Origin: Nitrospirae bacterium GWC2_57_9
Lineage (GTDB): Bacteria; Nitrospirota; UBA9217
Length of the DNA stretch: 36,933 nt
Assembly (NCBI GenBank): GCA_001805085.1
Contig: MHEA01000034.1
Coordinates: 1-36,933 of the forward strand
Direction: 5' to 3'
Notes under the pieces: generated by a model
What the model was told of the DNA's origin: nothing
The model's database searches: none
Seen by the model: the letters and a program-made list of their open reading frames with translations, nothing else
Program-made: the position numbers and the translations under genes
In this document: positions 1-10,513 of the stretch, one piece after another
Layout of the letters: the number at the start of each line of letters is the position of its first letter
Position numbering within the stretch: position 1 is the first letter of the stretch

Positions 1-315
1 GTCAAAGGCATTGTCCCCGTAGGGACGGGATGCCCAGTCAATGGCGTTCTTGAGAACTCCCGGCATGGAGTAATTGTATTCCGGCGTCGCGATCAGGATG
101 CCATCGGCGGCCCTGATCTTCGTTTTGAACTCCTTGATCTTTGACGGGGGCAGCAGCTCCAGGTCCTGATTGAAGCCCGGAATACCGTCGAGGTCGAAGA
201 TCTCGAGTTCAACGCCTTTGGGCAGCAGTTCGAGGGCCGCCCGAAGCAAGGCTCTATTGTACGATTCTTTCCGCAAACTGCCTGCAAAACCCAGAATTCG
301 AAACGTCTTGGTCAT
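1..315 (-). CDS. NADPH-dependent FMN reductase family protein (partial; C-terminus beyond window edge)
   Basis: Own translation from ATG 315-313 (GGAGG at 330-326): MTKTFRILGFAGSLRKESYNRALLRAALELLPKGVELEIFDLDGIPGFNQDLELLPPSKIKEFKTKIRAADGILIATPEYNYSMPGVLKNAIDWASRPYGDNAFD. The ATPEYNxSxPGxLKNAIDW block is typical of the FMN_red flavodoxin-like reductase family. It is absent from the ORF track because the frame is open at position 1. Confidence 0.75.
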   Translation of the reverse strand, partial: MTKTFRILGFAGSLRKESYNRALLRAALELLPKGVELEIFDLDGIPGFNQDLELLPPSKIKEFKTKIRAADGILIATPEYNYSMPGVLKNAIDWASRPYGDNAFD

Positions 316-491
316 GGTGTGGGTACCTCCTTGTTGGTTATATTGACCATCCGTGCCTTTTAAATCCCGGCCTGACCTTTTCGACACGGAAACGAGATGA
401 CAACAGCTGATAAAAGCGGATAAAGAACTATAACTATACTGTTCAAAGTCTTTTCATGCTTCTTCATAGCCGTTATCCGCCGTTATCAGTG

Positions 492-1235
492 TCAAAGGTT
501 TCCTTTCGCCTTGATGAACTCCCGGTACAGCTTCGCAATGAAGCGGACCTTGATCCCCTTGGGGCAGACCGCTTCGCATTCATAATGGTTGCTGCAGTTG
601 CCGAAGCCCTGTTTCAACATCTCTTCGGTCATGACACAGACCCTGCTGCCCGCCTCGATCCGCCCCTGAGGCAGCATGGCAAGGTGGGAGACCTTGGCCG
701 CGGTGAACAGCATGGCCGAGCCGTTCGGGCAGGCAGCGATGCAGGCTCCGCATCCGATGCATTCGGCAGCATCCATGGCTGCATCGGCATCGCGCTTCGC
801 TATCAGGACCGCGTTGCCGTCAGGTACGCCTCCGGTATGCACCGAAATGTATCCGCCCGATTCGATGATCTTCTCCATGGCTGTCCTGTCCACGATCAGG
901 TCCTTGATGACCGGGAAGGCCCGGGCACGGAAGGGTTCTATATAGAGAGTATCGCCGTCCTTGAAGTGCCGCATGTGCAGCTGGCAGACCGTCGTTTTCT
1001 TTCTCGGTCCGTGGGCCACGCCGTTCACGACCTGGCCGCACATGCCGCAGATGCCTTCCCGGCAGTCACTGTCGAAGGAGATCGGGTCGTCGCCTTTCTT
1101 GACCAACCCCTCGTTCACGATGTCCAGCATTTCGAGAAAGGACACGTCCCGGGAGATGTCCCTGGCCTCGTATTGGACGAGACGGCCCTTGTCGTTTCGG
1201 TCCTCCTGGCGCCAGACGTATAATGTTAGATTCAT
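492..1235 (-). CDS. sdhB: Succinate dehydrogenase / fumarate reductase iron-sulfur subunit
   Basis: Track ORF 492..1304. Its first 23 codons read through the intergenic repeat, so the start is moved to ATG 1235 ([10 protein letters not shown]...). Three Fe-S Cys clusters are visible: [22 protein letters not shown] and [12 protein letters not shown]. It lies directly downstream of sdhA. Confidence 0.9.
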   Translation of the reverse strand: MNLTLYVWRQEDRNDKGRLVQYEARDISRDVSFLEMLDIVNEGLVKKGDDPISFDSDCREGICGMCGQVVNGVAHGPRKKTTVCQLHMRHFKDGDTLYIEPFRARAFPVIKDLIVDRTAMEKIIESGGYISVHTGGVPDGNAVLIAKRDADAAMDAAECIGCGACIAACPNGSAMLFTAAKVSHLAMLPQGRIEAGSRVCVMTEEMLKQGFGNCSNHYECEAVCPKGIKVRFIAKLYREFIKAKGNL

Positions 1236-1247
1236 GGAACAACCTTT

Positions 1248-1362
1248 CAAATTCCAAATGGCAAATTCCAAGCTCCAAATAATATCCAAGCACCAATGAT
1301 CCAAGTTTAGAAATTGGAATTTCGAGCTTGGTGCTTATTTGGAATTTAGTGCTTGTTATTTG
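1248..1362. repeat. AT-rich CCAAAT/ATTTGG long imperfect palindrome (family A, copy 1), sdhA-sdhB intercistronic
   Basis: The left arm caaattccaaatggcaaattccaagctccaaataatatccaagcaccaa faces the right arm ttggtgcttatttggaatttagtgcttgttatttg. An inner hairpin is tccaa-gtttagaaa-ttgga. The element fills most of the 139-nt spacer 1236-1374. Confidence 0.8.
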
Positions 1363-1374
1363 TTGCTAGTTTTA

Positions 1375-3288
<1,914 letters not shown>

Positions 3289-3293
3289 GCCTT

Positions 3294-3427
3294 AGCACCA
3301 AATTCCAAATTGCAAGCACCAAAATCCAAATAAATACCAATTTCCAAAAAACAAAATGGGAAACGTTTTGAATTTGACAGTTGAGATTTAGAAATTATTT
3401 GAGATTTGGGATTTGAACTTTGGAATT
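3294..3427. repeat. Family A palindrome, copy 2, sdhC-sdhA intercistronic
   Basis: The left arm agcaccaaattccaaattgcaagcaccaaaatccaaataaataccaatttccaaaaaacaaaa faces the right arm ttttgaatttgacagttgagatttagaaattatttgagatttgggatttgaactttggaatt. The arms are roughly 70 percent complementary by eye, with the centre at tgggaaacg. The spacer 3289-3427 is again exactly 139 nt. Confidence 0.8.
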
Positions 3428-4099
3428 TCATTTTAAGATTCCCATTAAAATGCTGACCGGTATTGCTGCGTACATCAGGAACAGCACGACCGATATCGCC
3501 ATCCCGGTCCTTACCACGACCGGCAGCGTCCTGTCATTGTTCAACCCTTCCGTCTGGATGGAACTCTCTATTCCGTGATACAAATGAAGCCCCAATCCGA
3601 GCACGCCTACGACGTACAAGGCTGCGATCCCGGCGCGCTGAAAGCTCCCGACCACCATCGTCAGCACATCGGGCCGGCCAAGCGCATCGGGATGAGCGGT
3701 CGCCGCAATGCCGGGTTCGATCACCTGGAAGGTGAAGTGCAGGAGGTGGAATATCAGGAAGAGAGCGATGAGCAGTCCGCTCCAGACCATGGTCCTTCCG
3801 GCAAGGGATGCGCTGCGGTAGCGCGTCAGGGCGTAGGTTTCCGGCTTTGCTTTTCTGTTCTCCAGTTTCAATATGATGCCGTACCAGGTGTGGAGGAAGA
3901 CGGAAATGAGGAGGAGCGTCCGGGAAGACCAGAGAATGATGGTATAAGGCCAGTGGCGCAGGCCTTCGGCATAGGCATTGATGGCCCCGGCGAAGATGGT
4001 GTAATTGCCGAGAACATGGGCGATGACGTAGAGGATCATGAACTGGCCGGTCACGGCCATCATGAGCTTTCGTCCGACTGTGGAAGTGGGTAGCAGCAA
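3428..4099 (-). CDS. sdhC: Succinate dehydrogenase / fumarate reductase cytochrome b membrane anchor (single large subunit type)
   Basis: 223-aa protein that looks five-TM, with conserved His residues in the helices (HVLGN, FLHTWYG, HLLHF, HLYHG). It lies immediately upstream of sdhA on the same strand. The N-terminus STVGRKLMMAVTG resembles b558-type anchors. The start is apparently TTG. Confidence 0.8.
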   Translation of the reverse strand: MLLPTSTVGRKLMMAVTGQFMILYVIAHVLGNYTIFAGAINAYAEGLRHWPYTIILWSSRTLLLISVFLHTWYGIILKLENRKAKPETYALTRYRSASLAGRTMVWSGLLIALFLIFHLLHFTFQVIEPGIAATAHPDALGRPDVLTMVVGSFQRAGIAALYVVGVLGLGLHLYHGIESSIQTEGLNNDRTLPVVVRTGMAISVVLFLMYAAIPVSILMGILK

Positions 4100-4116
4100 T
4101 TTTTTAACCCTTGAGA

Positions 4117-4156
4117 ATAAATTCGAAATTGAAATTGTTTCGGATTTAGAAATTTG
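4117..4156. repeat. Family A palindrome, short copy 3, fumC-sdhC spacer
   Basis: aataaattcgaaattgaaattgtttcggatttagaaattt: the left arm aaattcgaaattgaaa faces the right arm tttcggatttagaaattt, within the 60-nt spacer 4100-4159. Confidence 0.6.
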
Positions 4157-4159
4157 TGC

Positions 4160-5563
4160 TCAGGATTTGCCGTCCTCTCCGATTCCGCCCTCAGTCATTT
4201 TCCTCGGGTCGAGCAGCTTGTCCAGTTCGTCCCTCGACAGGCCCGTCATCTCCGCGGCAACGTCCTTGAGCGACCGGCCTTCGGCGTAGGCCCTCTTTGC
4301 GATCCGGGCGGCCTTGTCATAGCCGATCACGGGGTTGAGCGCCGTGACCAGGATCGGGTTCCTGTCCAGCAGCGCCGTGATGCGTTCCTTGTTCACGGTG
4401 AACCCTGCTATGGCCCTATCGGCAAGCAGACGCGCGGCATTCCCCAGGATCGTGATGGACTGGAGCAGGTTGTGGCCGATCACGGGCAGCATCACATTCA
4501 GTTGAAAGTTCCCCTGCTGGTTCGCGACCGTGATAGCTGCGTCGTTCCCGGTCACCTGGGCAGCGACCATCATCATCATTTCGCACATGACCGGGTTCAC
4601 TTTCCCGGGCATGATGCTTGATCCGGGCTGGAGCGAGGGCAGCGCGACTTCGCCCAGGCCCGCGATCGGTCCGCTGTTCATCCAGCGCAGATCGTTCGCC
4701 ATCTTCATGAACGATGAGGCGGTGGCTTTCAACTGCCCCGAAAGCTCGACGGCGGCATCCATCACCGCCTGGGCCGCAAAGTGGTTGTCCGCTTCGACAA
4801 AGGGCAGCTTCGTGCGTCCGGCAAGCCTGCTTGCCACGATCCTTCCGAAGTCTTTTGCGGCATTGATGCCGGTGCCGACGGCGGTCCCGCCGATGGCGAG
4901 TTTGGCAAGACGCGGCAGGCTCGACTCGATCCGTTCGACGGCCTGCTGCGCCTGGTATGCCCATCCGCCGATCTCCTGGCCCAGCGTGACCGGCATGGCG
5001 TCCATCAGGTGCGTGCGGCCTGTTTTGACTATATCATGGAACTCCGCCGCACGTTTTTTTAGCATATCCTGAAGGTGTTTAAACGCGGGGATAAGGACTT
5101 CCGTTACCTCGATATAGGCGCTTACATGGATCGTGGCGGGGATCACATCGTTCGAGGACTGGCCCATGTTAACATGATTGTTCGGATGGACCCCGGCGTT
5201 CCGATCCAGGAGGAGCTGGTTGGCGCGGTTCGCGATAACCTCATTGGCATTCATGTTCGTCGAGGTGCCGGACCCGGTCTGGAAGATATCGAGCGGGAAC
5301 TGGTCGTCCCATTTGCCGTCGGCAACTTCCAGTGCCGCCTGGTGGATCGCCTGGGCGATCGTCGCATCGAGCAGTCCCAGCCCCGCGTTGACCTCTGCGG
5401 CAACGGCCTTGATCAGGCCCAGCGCGCGGATGAAGGACCGGGGAAAACGGATGCCGCTCACGGGAAAGTTCTCCACGGCGCGCTGCGTCTGTGCCCCGTA
5501 CAAGGCATCGGCCGGGACCTTGATCTCTCCGAGGGAATCTTTTTCGATACGGAAGTTTTCCAT
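4160..5563 (-). CDS. fumC: Class II fumarate hydratase
   Basis: 467 aa with the GSSIMPGKVNP signature of the fumarase/aspartase family. The N-terminus SLGEIKVPADALYGAQTQRAVENF looks like FumC rather than AspA. The TCA gene context supports the call. Confidence 0.88.
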   Translation of the reverse strand: MENFRIEKDSLGEIKVPADALYGAQTQRAVENFPVSGIRFPRSFIRALGLIKAVAAEVNAGLGLLDATIAQAIHQAALEVADGKWDDQFPLDIFQTGSGTSTNMNANEVIANRANQLLLDRNAGVHPNNHVNMGQSSNDVIPATIHVSAYIEVTEVLIPAFKHLQDMLKKRAAEFHDIVKTGRTHLMDAMPVTLGQEIGGWAYQAQQAVERIESSLPRLAKLAIGGTAVGTGINAAKDFGRIVASRLAGRTKLPFVEADNHFAAQAVMDAAVELSGQLKATASSFMKMANDLRWMNSGPIAGLGEVALPSLQPGSSIMPGKVNPVMCEMMMMVAAQVTGNDAAITVANQQGNFQLNVMLPVIGHNLLQSITILGNAARLLADRAIAGFTVNKERITALLDRNPILVTALNPVIGYDKAARIAKRAYAEGRSLKDVAAEMTGLSRDELDKLLDPRKMTEGGIGEDGKS

Positions 5564-5619
5564 AGTATTAAGAATAACGAACGGGCCCCAGGGCAGAATC
5601 TTCTTTAAAATGATATGTC

Positions 5620-5698
5620 ATCCCCGAATGCCTCTATCGGGGATATGGTTTTCTCACAGTCAACGATGAACCATATTCCCGATGAAAACTTCGGGAAT
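5620..5698. repeat. Two related 8-bp-stem hairpins in the fumC / malic enzyme divergent region
   Basis: Hairpin 1 is ATCCCCGA-atgcctcta-TCGGGGAT (5620-5644). Hairpin 2 is ATTCCCGA-tgaaaact-TCGGGAAT (5675-5698). Their flanks atgtcatccccgaa and ttcgggaatgacat are near reverse complements of each other. Confidence 0.7.
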
Positions 5699-5850
5699 GA
5701 CATACAATAGGGCGAATATAGCCTCAATTATACCTGCTCTCTTTCCGGTTTGCATCGTCTTTTTTAAAGAAAGAAGACCTATTCAGGCGCGGCAATCCAT
5801 TGACCAAAGCAGGAATAGACCTTATAATAATGAAAGCAAAGGAGCACACA

Positions 5851-7275
5851 ATGAACAACCCCGTCAAATACGTCTGCAACCCCAGCCCCAGCTACAGCAT
5901 AACCATCCGGGCAGAGATCGAGAACCGGATCGGCATGTTCGCGAAGATCGCCACGGCGATCAGCAGCGCCGGCGGCGATATGGGGGCTGTGGACATCGTG
6001 CGCGTGGAGAAGGGCAAGATCGTCCGGGACATCACGGCGAACGCCCGCGACGAAGACCATGAAAAGGCCATAGTCCGCGCGATCAGGACGGTATCGGGGG
6101 TGAAGGTACTGCGCGTGATGGACAGAACCTTTACCGCGCACGAGGGCGGAAAGATCGAAATAAGGAGCAAGTTGCCGGTGCGGGACAGCACGGACCTCTC
6201 CAAGGTGTATACTCCCGGCGTGGCCCGGGTCTGCATGGACATCCATCAGAACAAACAGCATGCCTACCGCTACACGATCAAGGGCAATGCCGTGGCAGTG
6301 GTGTCCGACGGCACGGCCGTCCTCGGCCTGGGGAATATCGGACCGGAAGCGGCGCTGCCGGTCATGGAGGGCAAGGCGATGATCTTCAAGGAGTTCGCCG
6401 GGATCGATGCTTTTCCGATAGTGCTTTCCACCACGAACGTGGACGAGATCGTGGCCGCGGTCAAGGCGATCTCGCCCGGCCTGGGCGGGATCAACCTGGA
6501 GGACATCTCGGCCCCACGCTGCTTCGAGGTGGAGGCGCGGCTCAGGAAACTGCTGGATATCCCGGTGTTCCATGACGATCAGCACGGGACGGCCGTGGTC
6601 GTCCTGGCGGCTCTCATCAATGTTGCCCGGCTGATGAAACGGGACCTGAAAAAATTCAAATGCGTGGTGGTTGGCGCCGGAGCGGCAGGGTCGGCCATAA
6701 CAAGGATGCTCCTGTCCTCGGGGGTCAGGGACATCGTCGTTTGCGACCGCAAGGGCATCCTTTCCCCAGGGCTGAAGGGAGCGGGGAACGCGAACAAGCG
6801 CGAGCTGGCGAGATTGACGAACCCGCGCAAGGTCAAAGGCGGCATACCGGAGGCGATGAAGGGGGCCGAGGTGTTCATCGGCGTATCAGGCCCGAACGTG
6901 ATCACCGGCGACGACGTCCGGAAAATGGCCGACGATCGCATCGTCTTCGCCCTCGCCAATCCCAATTCCGAGATCGCGCCCGAGGAGGCGCTGCCCCTGG
7001 TCCGGATCATGGCAACCGGCCGGTCCGACTATCCGAACCAGATCAACAACATGCTCTGCTTTCCCGGCCTGTTCCGGGGCCTGCTCGACGTGAAGGCGAC
7101 CGGCGTGAACGAAGCGGTGAAGCTCGCGGCCGCCCGCGCGATCGCGCATTGCGTGGACAAAGAAGAACTGCACGAGGACTATATCATTCCGAGCATTTTC
7201 GATCGGAAGGTGGTAGCGTCGGTGGCCGATGCCGTTGCCGAAGCGGCGCGGAAGACGGGACTGGCCAGGAAGTAG
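5851..7275 (+). CDS. NAD(P)-dependent malic enzyme with N-terminal ACT domain
   Basis: Track ORF 5800..7275. The start is moved to ATG 5851, which sits behind AAAGGAG. An ACT-like N-terminus (ITIRAEIENRIGMFAKIATAISSAGGDMGAVDIV) is followed by the malic enzyme core (DLSKVYTPGVARVC, VAVVSDGTAVLGLGNIGP, FHDDQHGTAVV, VVVGAGAAG). Confidence 0.88.
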   Translation: MNNPVKYVCNPSPSYSITIRAEIENRIGMFAKIATAISSAGGDMGAVDIVRVEKGKIVRDITANARDEDHEKAIVRAIRTVSGVKVLRVMDRTFTAHEGGKIEIRSKLPVRDSTDLSKVYTPGVARVCMDIHQNKQHAYRYTIKGNAVAVVSDGTAVLGLGNIGPEAALPVMEGKAMIFKEFAGIDAFPIVLSTTNVDEIVAAVKAISPGLGGINLEDISAPRCFEVEARLRKLLDIPVFHDDQHGTAVVVLAALINVARLMKRDLKKFKCVVVGAGAAGSAITRMLLSSGVRDIVVCDRKGILSPGLKGAGNANKRELARLTNPRKVKGGIPEAMKGAEVFIGVSGPNVITGDDVRKMADDRIVFALANPNSEIAPEEALPLVRIMATGRSDYPNQINNMLCFPGLFRGLLDVKATGVNEAVKLAAARAIAHCVDKEELHEDYIIPSIFDRKVVASVADAVAEAARKTGLARK

Positions 7276-7397
7276 CGAGTTCGGAGTGAGGAGTTCGGAG
7301 TGAGAGGCGAAGCGAAAGCCCCGGTACTTAGTTCGGTAGCTTTGAGATAAGCTGGGAGTAGCGGAATTTTTTCTCCCAACGAAGAACTCCCAACTCG
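7276..7397. repeat. GAGTTCGGAGTG element (family B, copy 1): stop-codon-abutting long hairpin filling the malic enzyme-gdh spacer
   Basis: It starts on the base after TAG 7273-7275. There is a perfect 14-nt tandem gagttcggagtgag x2 (7277-7304). The right arm ctcccaacgaagaactcccaactcg (7373-7397) is largely complementary to it. Confidence 0.8.
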
Positions 7398-7418
7398 TTA
7401 CGGCTTTAAAGGAGAACC

Positions 7419-8690
7419 ATGAACCGCAACCACGAACGGCTCCACCGCGACGAGAAAGACCTCCGCAGCCTGGCCATGACGGAGTTGCAGAATATCTATG
7501 CCGGTCTCGGCCTCACCCGGGAAGAGCTCGATCTGCTGTCCCTGCCCCGCCGTTCCTTCACTGTCAGTTTTCCCGTAAAGATGACCTCGGGCAGGACACA
7601 GATGTACACGGGCTACCGCGTGCAGCACAACGACGCCCGGGGCCCGGCCAAGGGGGGGATCCGCTTCCACCACGAGCTGGATGAAGAGCACGCCACGGAG
7701 CTTGCGCTCCTGATGGCGCTCAAATGCGCGGTCGTGAACATCCCCTTCGGCGGCGCCAAGGGCGGAGTTGCCGTCAACCCGCTGGAGCTTTCGCGCATCG
7801 ATCTCGAGAACGTCACCCGTGGCTACATCAGGGCCATCGCGGACCATATCGGTCCCTTTAAGGACATTCCCGCGCCCGATGTCTATACCGATGAGCAGAT
7901 CATGGCCTGGATCCTGGACGAGTACGAACGGATCAAACGGGAGCATGTTCCCGCCGTGGTCACGGGCAAGCCTCCGGAACTGGGAGGCATTGCCGTGCGC
8001 CGGTACTCCACCGCGCTGGGCGGCGTTCATGTGCTGGAGCAGGCCTTGAAAGAGCGGGGAATGGCCGGCTCCGGTCTGCGGGTGGCGGTACAGGGGTTCG
8101 GCAATGTGGGGGAGCATACCGCGCGCATCCTGCATGAACGGGGGTACCGGGTCGTTGCCGTGAGCGATGTGAATGGAGGCATCCAGGACCCTGCAGGTCT
8201 CGATATCCCTGCGGTGAGGAAACACCGCGATGCCGCAGGAAGCGTTGCCGGGTATGCCGGCGCCAGGGCGATCACCAACGCCGGGCTGCTTGCTGCCGAA
8301 TGCGACGTGCTTATCCCCGCGGCTCTCTCCAACCAGGTCGACAAGAGCAATGCCCGCGAGGTGAAGGCAACGGTCGTGCTTGAAATGGCAAACGCGCCGC
8401 TCACGGCCGAGGCCGACGAGATCCTGTTCCACAGGGACGTGACGGTCATTCCCGATATCCTGGCCAATGCCGGCGGAGTGGTCGTCAGCTACTTCGAATG
8501 GAGCCAGAACCTGAGCAACGATACCTGGCCGGAAGACAAAGTGCTGGCCCGGCTCGCCCTGACCATGGCAGCGGCCTATGCCGATGTGCTCGCCCTGTGC
8601 AGCAACGGCCGGTGCCGGATGCGTCAGGCGGCTTATGAGCTCGCGGTCAAGCGGATCCTGCAGGCAGAGCGCCTGCGCGGCAATCTGTAA
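7419..8690 (+). CDS. gdh: Glutamate dehydrogenase (Glu/Leu/Phe/Val dehydrogenase family)
   Basis: 423 aa with KGGIRFHHE...NIPFGGAKGGVAVNP (catalytic Lys region) and the Rossmann motif VAVQGFGNVG. Confidence 0.88.
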   Translation: MNRNHERLHRDEKDLRSLAMTELQNIYAGLGLTREELDLLSLPRRSFTVSFPVKMTSGRTQMYTGYRVQHNDARGPAKGGIRFHHELDEEHATELALLMALKCAVVNIPFGGAKGGVAVNPLELSRIDLENVTRGYIRAIADHIGPFKDIPAPDVYTDEQIMAWILDEYERIKREHVPAVVTGKPPELGGIAVRRYSTALGGVHVLEQALKERGMAGSGLRVAVQGFGNVGEHTARILHERGYRVVAVSDVNGGIQDPAGLDIPAVRKHRDAAGSVAGYAGARAITNAGLLAAECDVLIPAALSNQVDKSNAREVKATVVLEMANAPLTAEADEILFHRDVTVIPDILANAGGVVVSYFEWSQNLSNDTWPEDKVLARLALTMAAAYADVLALCSNGRCRMRQAAYELAVKRILQAERLRGNL

Positions 8691-8893
8691 GCAAACTTTT
8701 CTGTTCACCATCATTTCCAAGCTTTGACACAGAAAAAAGCCGATAAAATATGATTTTCACGGATAGCAGGTCGCCCTTATCAGGTGTAAAGTTCTTCCGG
8801 TTTGTCTTCTTCATCTCAACTAAAATCGCATTTCTCGGAAATACGACAAGCTTTCTTTCTGCTACTCCCGTCGAACGTGCTCTTCACGGTAAT

Positions 8894-8902
8894 TGTTATA
8901 AT
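8894..8902 (+). promoter_or_regulatory. Candidate extended -10 promoter (TGtTATAAT) for the CxxC-protein gene
   Basis: tgttataat at 8894-8902 matches TGnTATAAT, about 60 nt upstream of ATG 8964. No good -35 box is present. Confidence 0.3.
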
Positions 8903-8963
8903 TAATCATACGAGCTTCCCTCAGAATCACCTGCTGTCGTAATGCAACCAGAAGGAGGTGCTC

Positions 8964-9308
8964 ATGAAGGATTACCTTGGCGAGAAAGGTTTGTGCATCG
9001 TATGCAAAGAGTCGATGACCACGATCAGCGCCGATGTCGAGGGAGGAACGAAGCTCTTCGTCTGCGAAAAATGCCTGGAAACGACAAAGCAGAACTTTAT
9101 CTGGATCTGCATGGGGTGCGGCAATGTGTACATCCGGCCGAAGGCGATCGTGCTCAAGAAACTGTCCGACTCTCATCTGAAGAAGGCTTATCAGGCGTGC
9201 GAGGATCTGCAGCTCATCCAGGGACTCGACCGCTGCATCGAATGCGATCCGGAAGGCATCATGGAGGCGGTCGCAGCGGCGAAGAGCGAGAAGGGAGGTC
9301 ACTGTTAA
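8964..9308 (+). CDS. Small cysteine-rich protein with four CxxC pairs (probable double zinc ribbon), function unknown
   Basis: Track ORF 8958..9308. ATG 8964 sits 5 nt after GGAGG. The CxxC pairs are CIVC, CEKC, CMGC and CIEC. Confidence 0.55.
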   Translation: MKDYLGEKGLCIVCKESMTTISADVEGGTKLFVCEKCLETTKQNFIWICMGCGNVYIRPKAIVLKKLSDSHLKKAYQACEDLQLIQGLDRCIECDPEGIMEAVAAAKSEKGGHC

Positions 9309-9420
9309 ACGTCCCCGTCTCCGGACCGGGCGTGCGGTATGGGATCAAAGAACGGGATCGCGCAGGCCGGAAGTCATTCGACCCTTGATCGCACAGCCGA
9401 AAAAACCCGTCAATTTTTGG

Positions 9421-9450
9421 TTGCCTTTATGCCTCATTTTCCTCTATAGT
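9421..9450 (+). promoter_or_regulatory. Candidate sigma70-type promoter TTGCCT-18-TATAGT upstream of the Nuc-like gene
   Basis: ttgcct at 9421-9426 and tatagt at 9445-9450. This is sequence resemblance only. Confidence 0.3.
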
Positions 9451-9487
9451 CGGGAGTGGAAGAAGAACATCCCCGGAAGGAGAGAAG

Positions 9488-10075
9488 ATGAGCATGAAGG
9501 CATTTGTTGTTCTCGCCTGTATCATGACCCTGTCGTGCGCACGTCTTGCGCCCACAGTGGACCCCTGTTTCACCCCGGGCGGCAACTGCCTGGCTACGGT
9601 CATCGAAGAGATCGGCAAGGCGAAGTCGGAGATACTGGTACAAGCCCATTCGCTCAGCGCGAAACCGGTCGCGGATGCGCTGATCAAAGCAAAGGAAGCG
9701 GGCGTGAAGGTCGAGATCATCCTCGATAAAAAAGCCCATGCCGCCCAGAACAACGCGGTCTATTTTTCCGCGCTCAACGGCATCCCGACCCATCTCGACG
9801 CCCGTCATGCGGTCGCGGACAACAACGTCATTATCATCGACAACGGGACGGTCATTGCCGGGAGCTTTAAATTCACGAAAGAGGCGGAAGACAGGAACGC
9901 CGAAAACGTGATGATCGTGAGAGCAGCCGGCGTTGCCGGCAGCTACCGGGAGAACTGGGAACAGCACAAGGCCCATGCCGAGACGTTCAAGACCGGTCCC
10001 GTGGCACAAGCCCGGCAGGAGCCCGTGGCCGAGAAGAAGAACATTAATAATAAAAAGAAGAAAAAGACCAATTAA
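9488..10075 (+). CDS. Secreted phospholipase D superfamily, Nuc-like endonuclease homologue with degenerate HKD motif
   Basis: It has a signal peptide (MSMKAFVVLACIMTLSCA). FTPGGNCLATVIEEIGKAKSEILVQAHSLS...GVKVEIILD and DNNVIIIDNGTVIAGSFKFTKEAEDRNAENVMIV align with the single-HKD Nuc family, but the H, K and N positions read D, N and K. The C-terminal tail is Lys-rich (EKKNINNKKKKKTN). Confidence 0.75.
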   Translation: MSMKAFVVLACIMTLSCARLAPTVDPCFTPGGNCLATVIEEIGKAKSEILVQAHSLSAKPVADALIKAKEAGVKVEIILDKKAHAAQNNAVYFSALNGIPTHLDARHAVADNNVIIIDNGTVIAGSFKFTKEAEDRNAENVMIVRAAGVAGSYRENWEQHKAHAETFKTGPVAQARQEPVAEKKNINNKKKKKTN

Positions 10076-10147
10076 GCGAAGCGATCCCGGTCTGCCGGTC
10101 AACAGGGTCCGCCGGGTGCACCTCAAAGAGAGAGCATATCCCACTTT

Positions 10148-10513
10148 ATGAAGACCAAAAAAAACCTTATCATAGTCGGCGACCGGGTCCTCCTCGATCC
10201 CGACGAACGCATGGATAAAACACCCTCCGGTCTTTACCTTCCCCCGACGGTCAAGGAAAAGGAAAAGATCATGGGCGGTCATGTGGTCAAGACCGGTCCC
10301 GGATATGCCATACCCGACGCGGCCCCGAGCGAATCGTGGACCACGAGCAAGAAGGAAGTGAAGTACATCCCGCTCCAGGCAGCGGAGGGCGATTATGCCA
10401 TCTTCCTGAAGGACGCGGCCATGGAGATCGAGTTCGAGGAGAAGAAGTACCTGATCGTTCCGCATTCCGCCATCCTTGCCCTGGTCAGAACCGAGCTGTC
10501 CGACGAAGGGTGA
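10148..10513 (+). CDS. GroES/Cpn10-like co-chaperonin family protein (stand-alone, no groEL nearby)
   Basis: 121 aa. IIVGDRVLLDPDE...KTPSGLYLP...GHVVKTGPG follows the Cpn10 pattern with an extended C-terminal half. Confidence 0.65.
   Translation: MKTKKNLIIVGDRVLLDPDERMDKTPSGLYLPPTVKEKEKIMGGHVVKTGPGYAIPDAAPSESWTTSKKEVKYIPLQAAEGDYAIFLKDAAMEIEFEEKKYLIVPHSAILALVRTELSDEG

Noticed and set aside
8724-8749. TTGACA ... TAAAAT promoter-like pair after gdh.
   Set aside because: The spacer is only 14 nt, so alternative registers give poor -10 hexamers.
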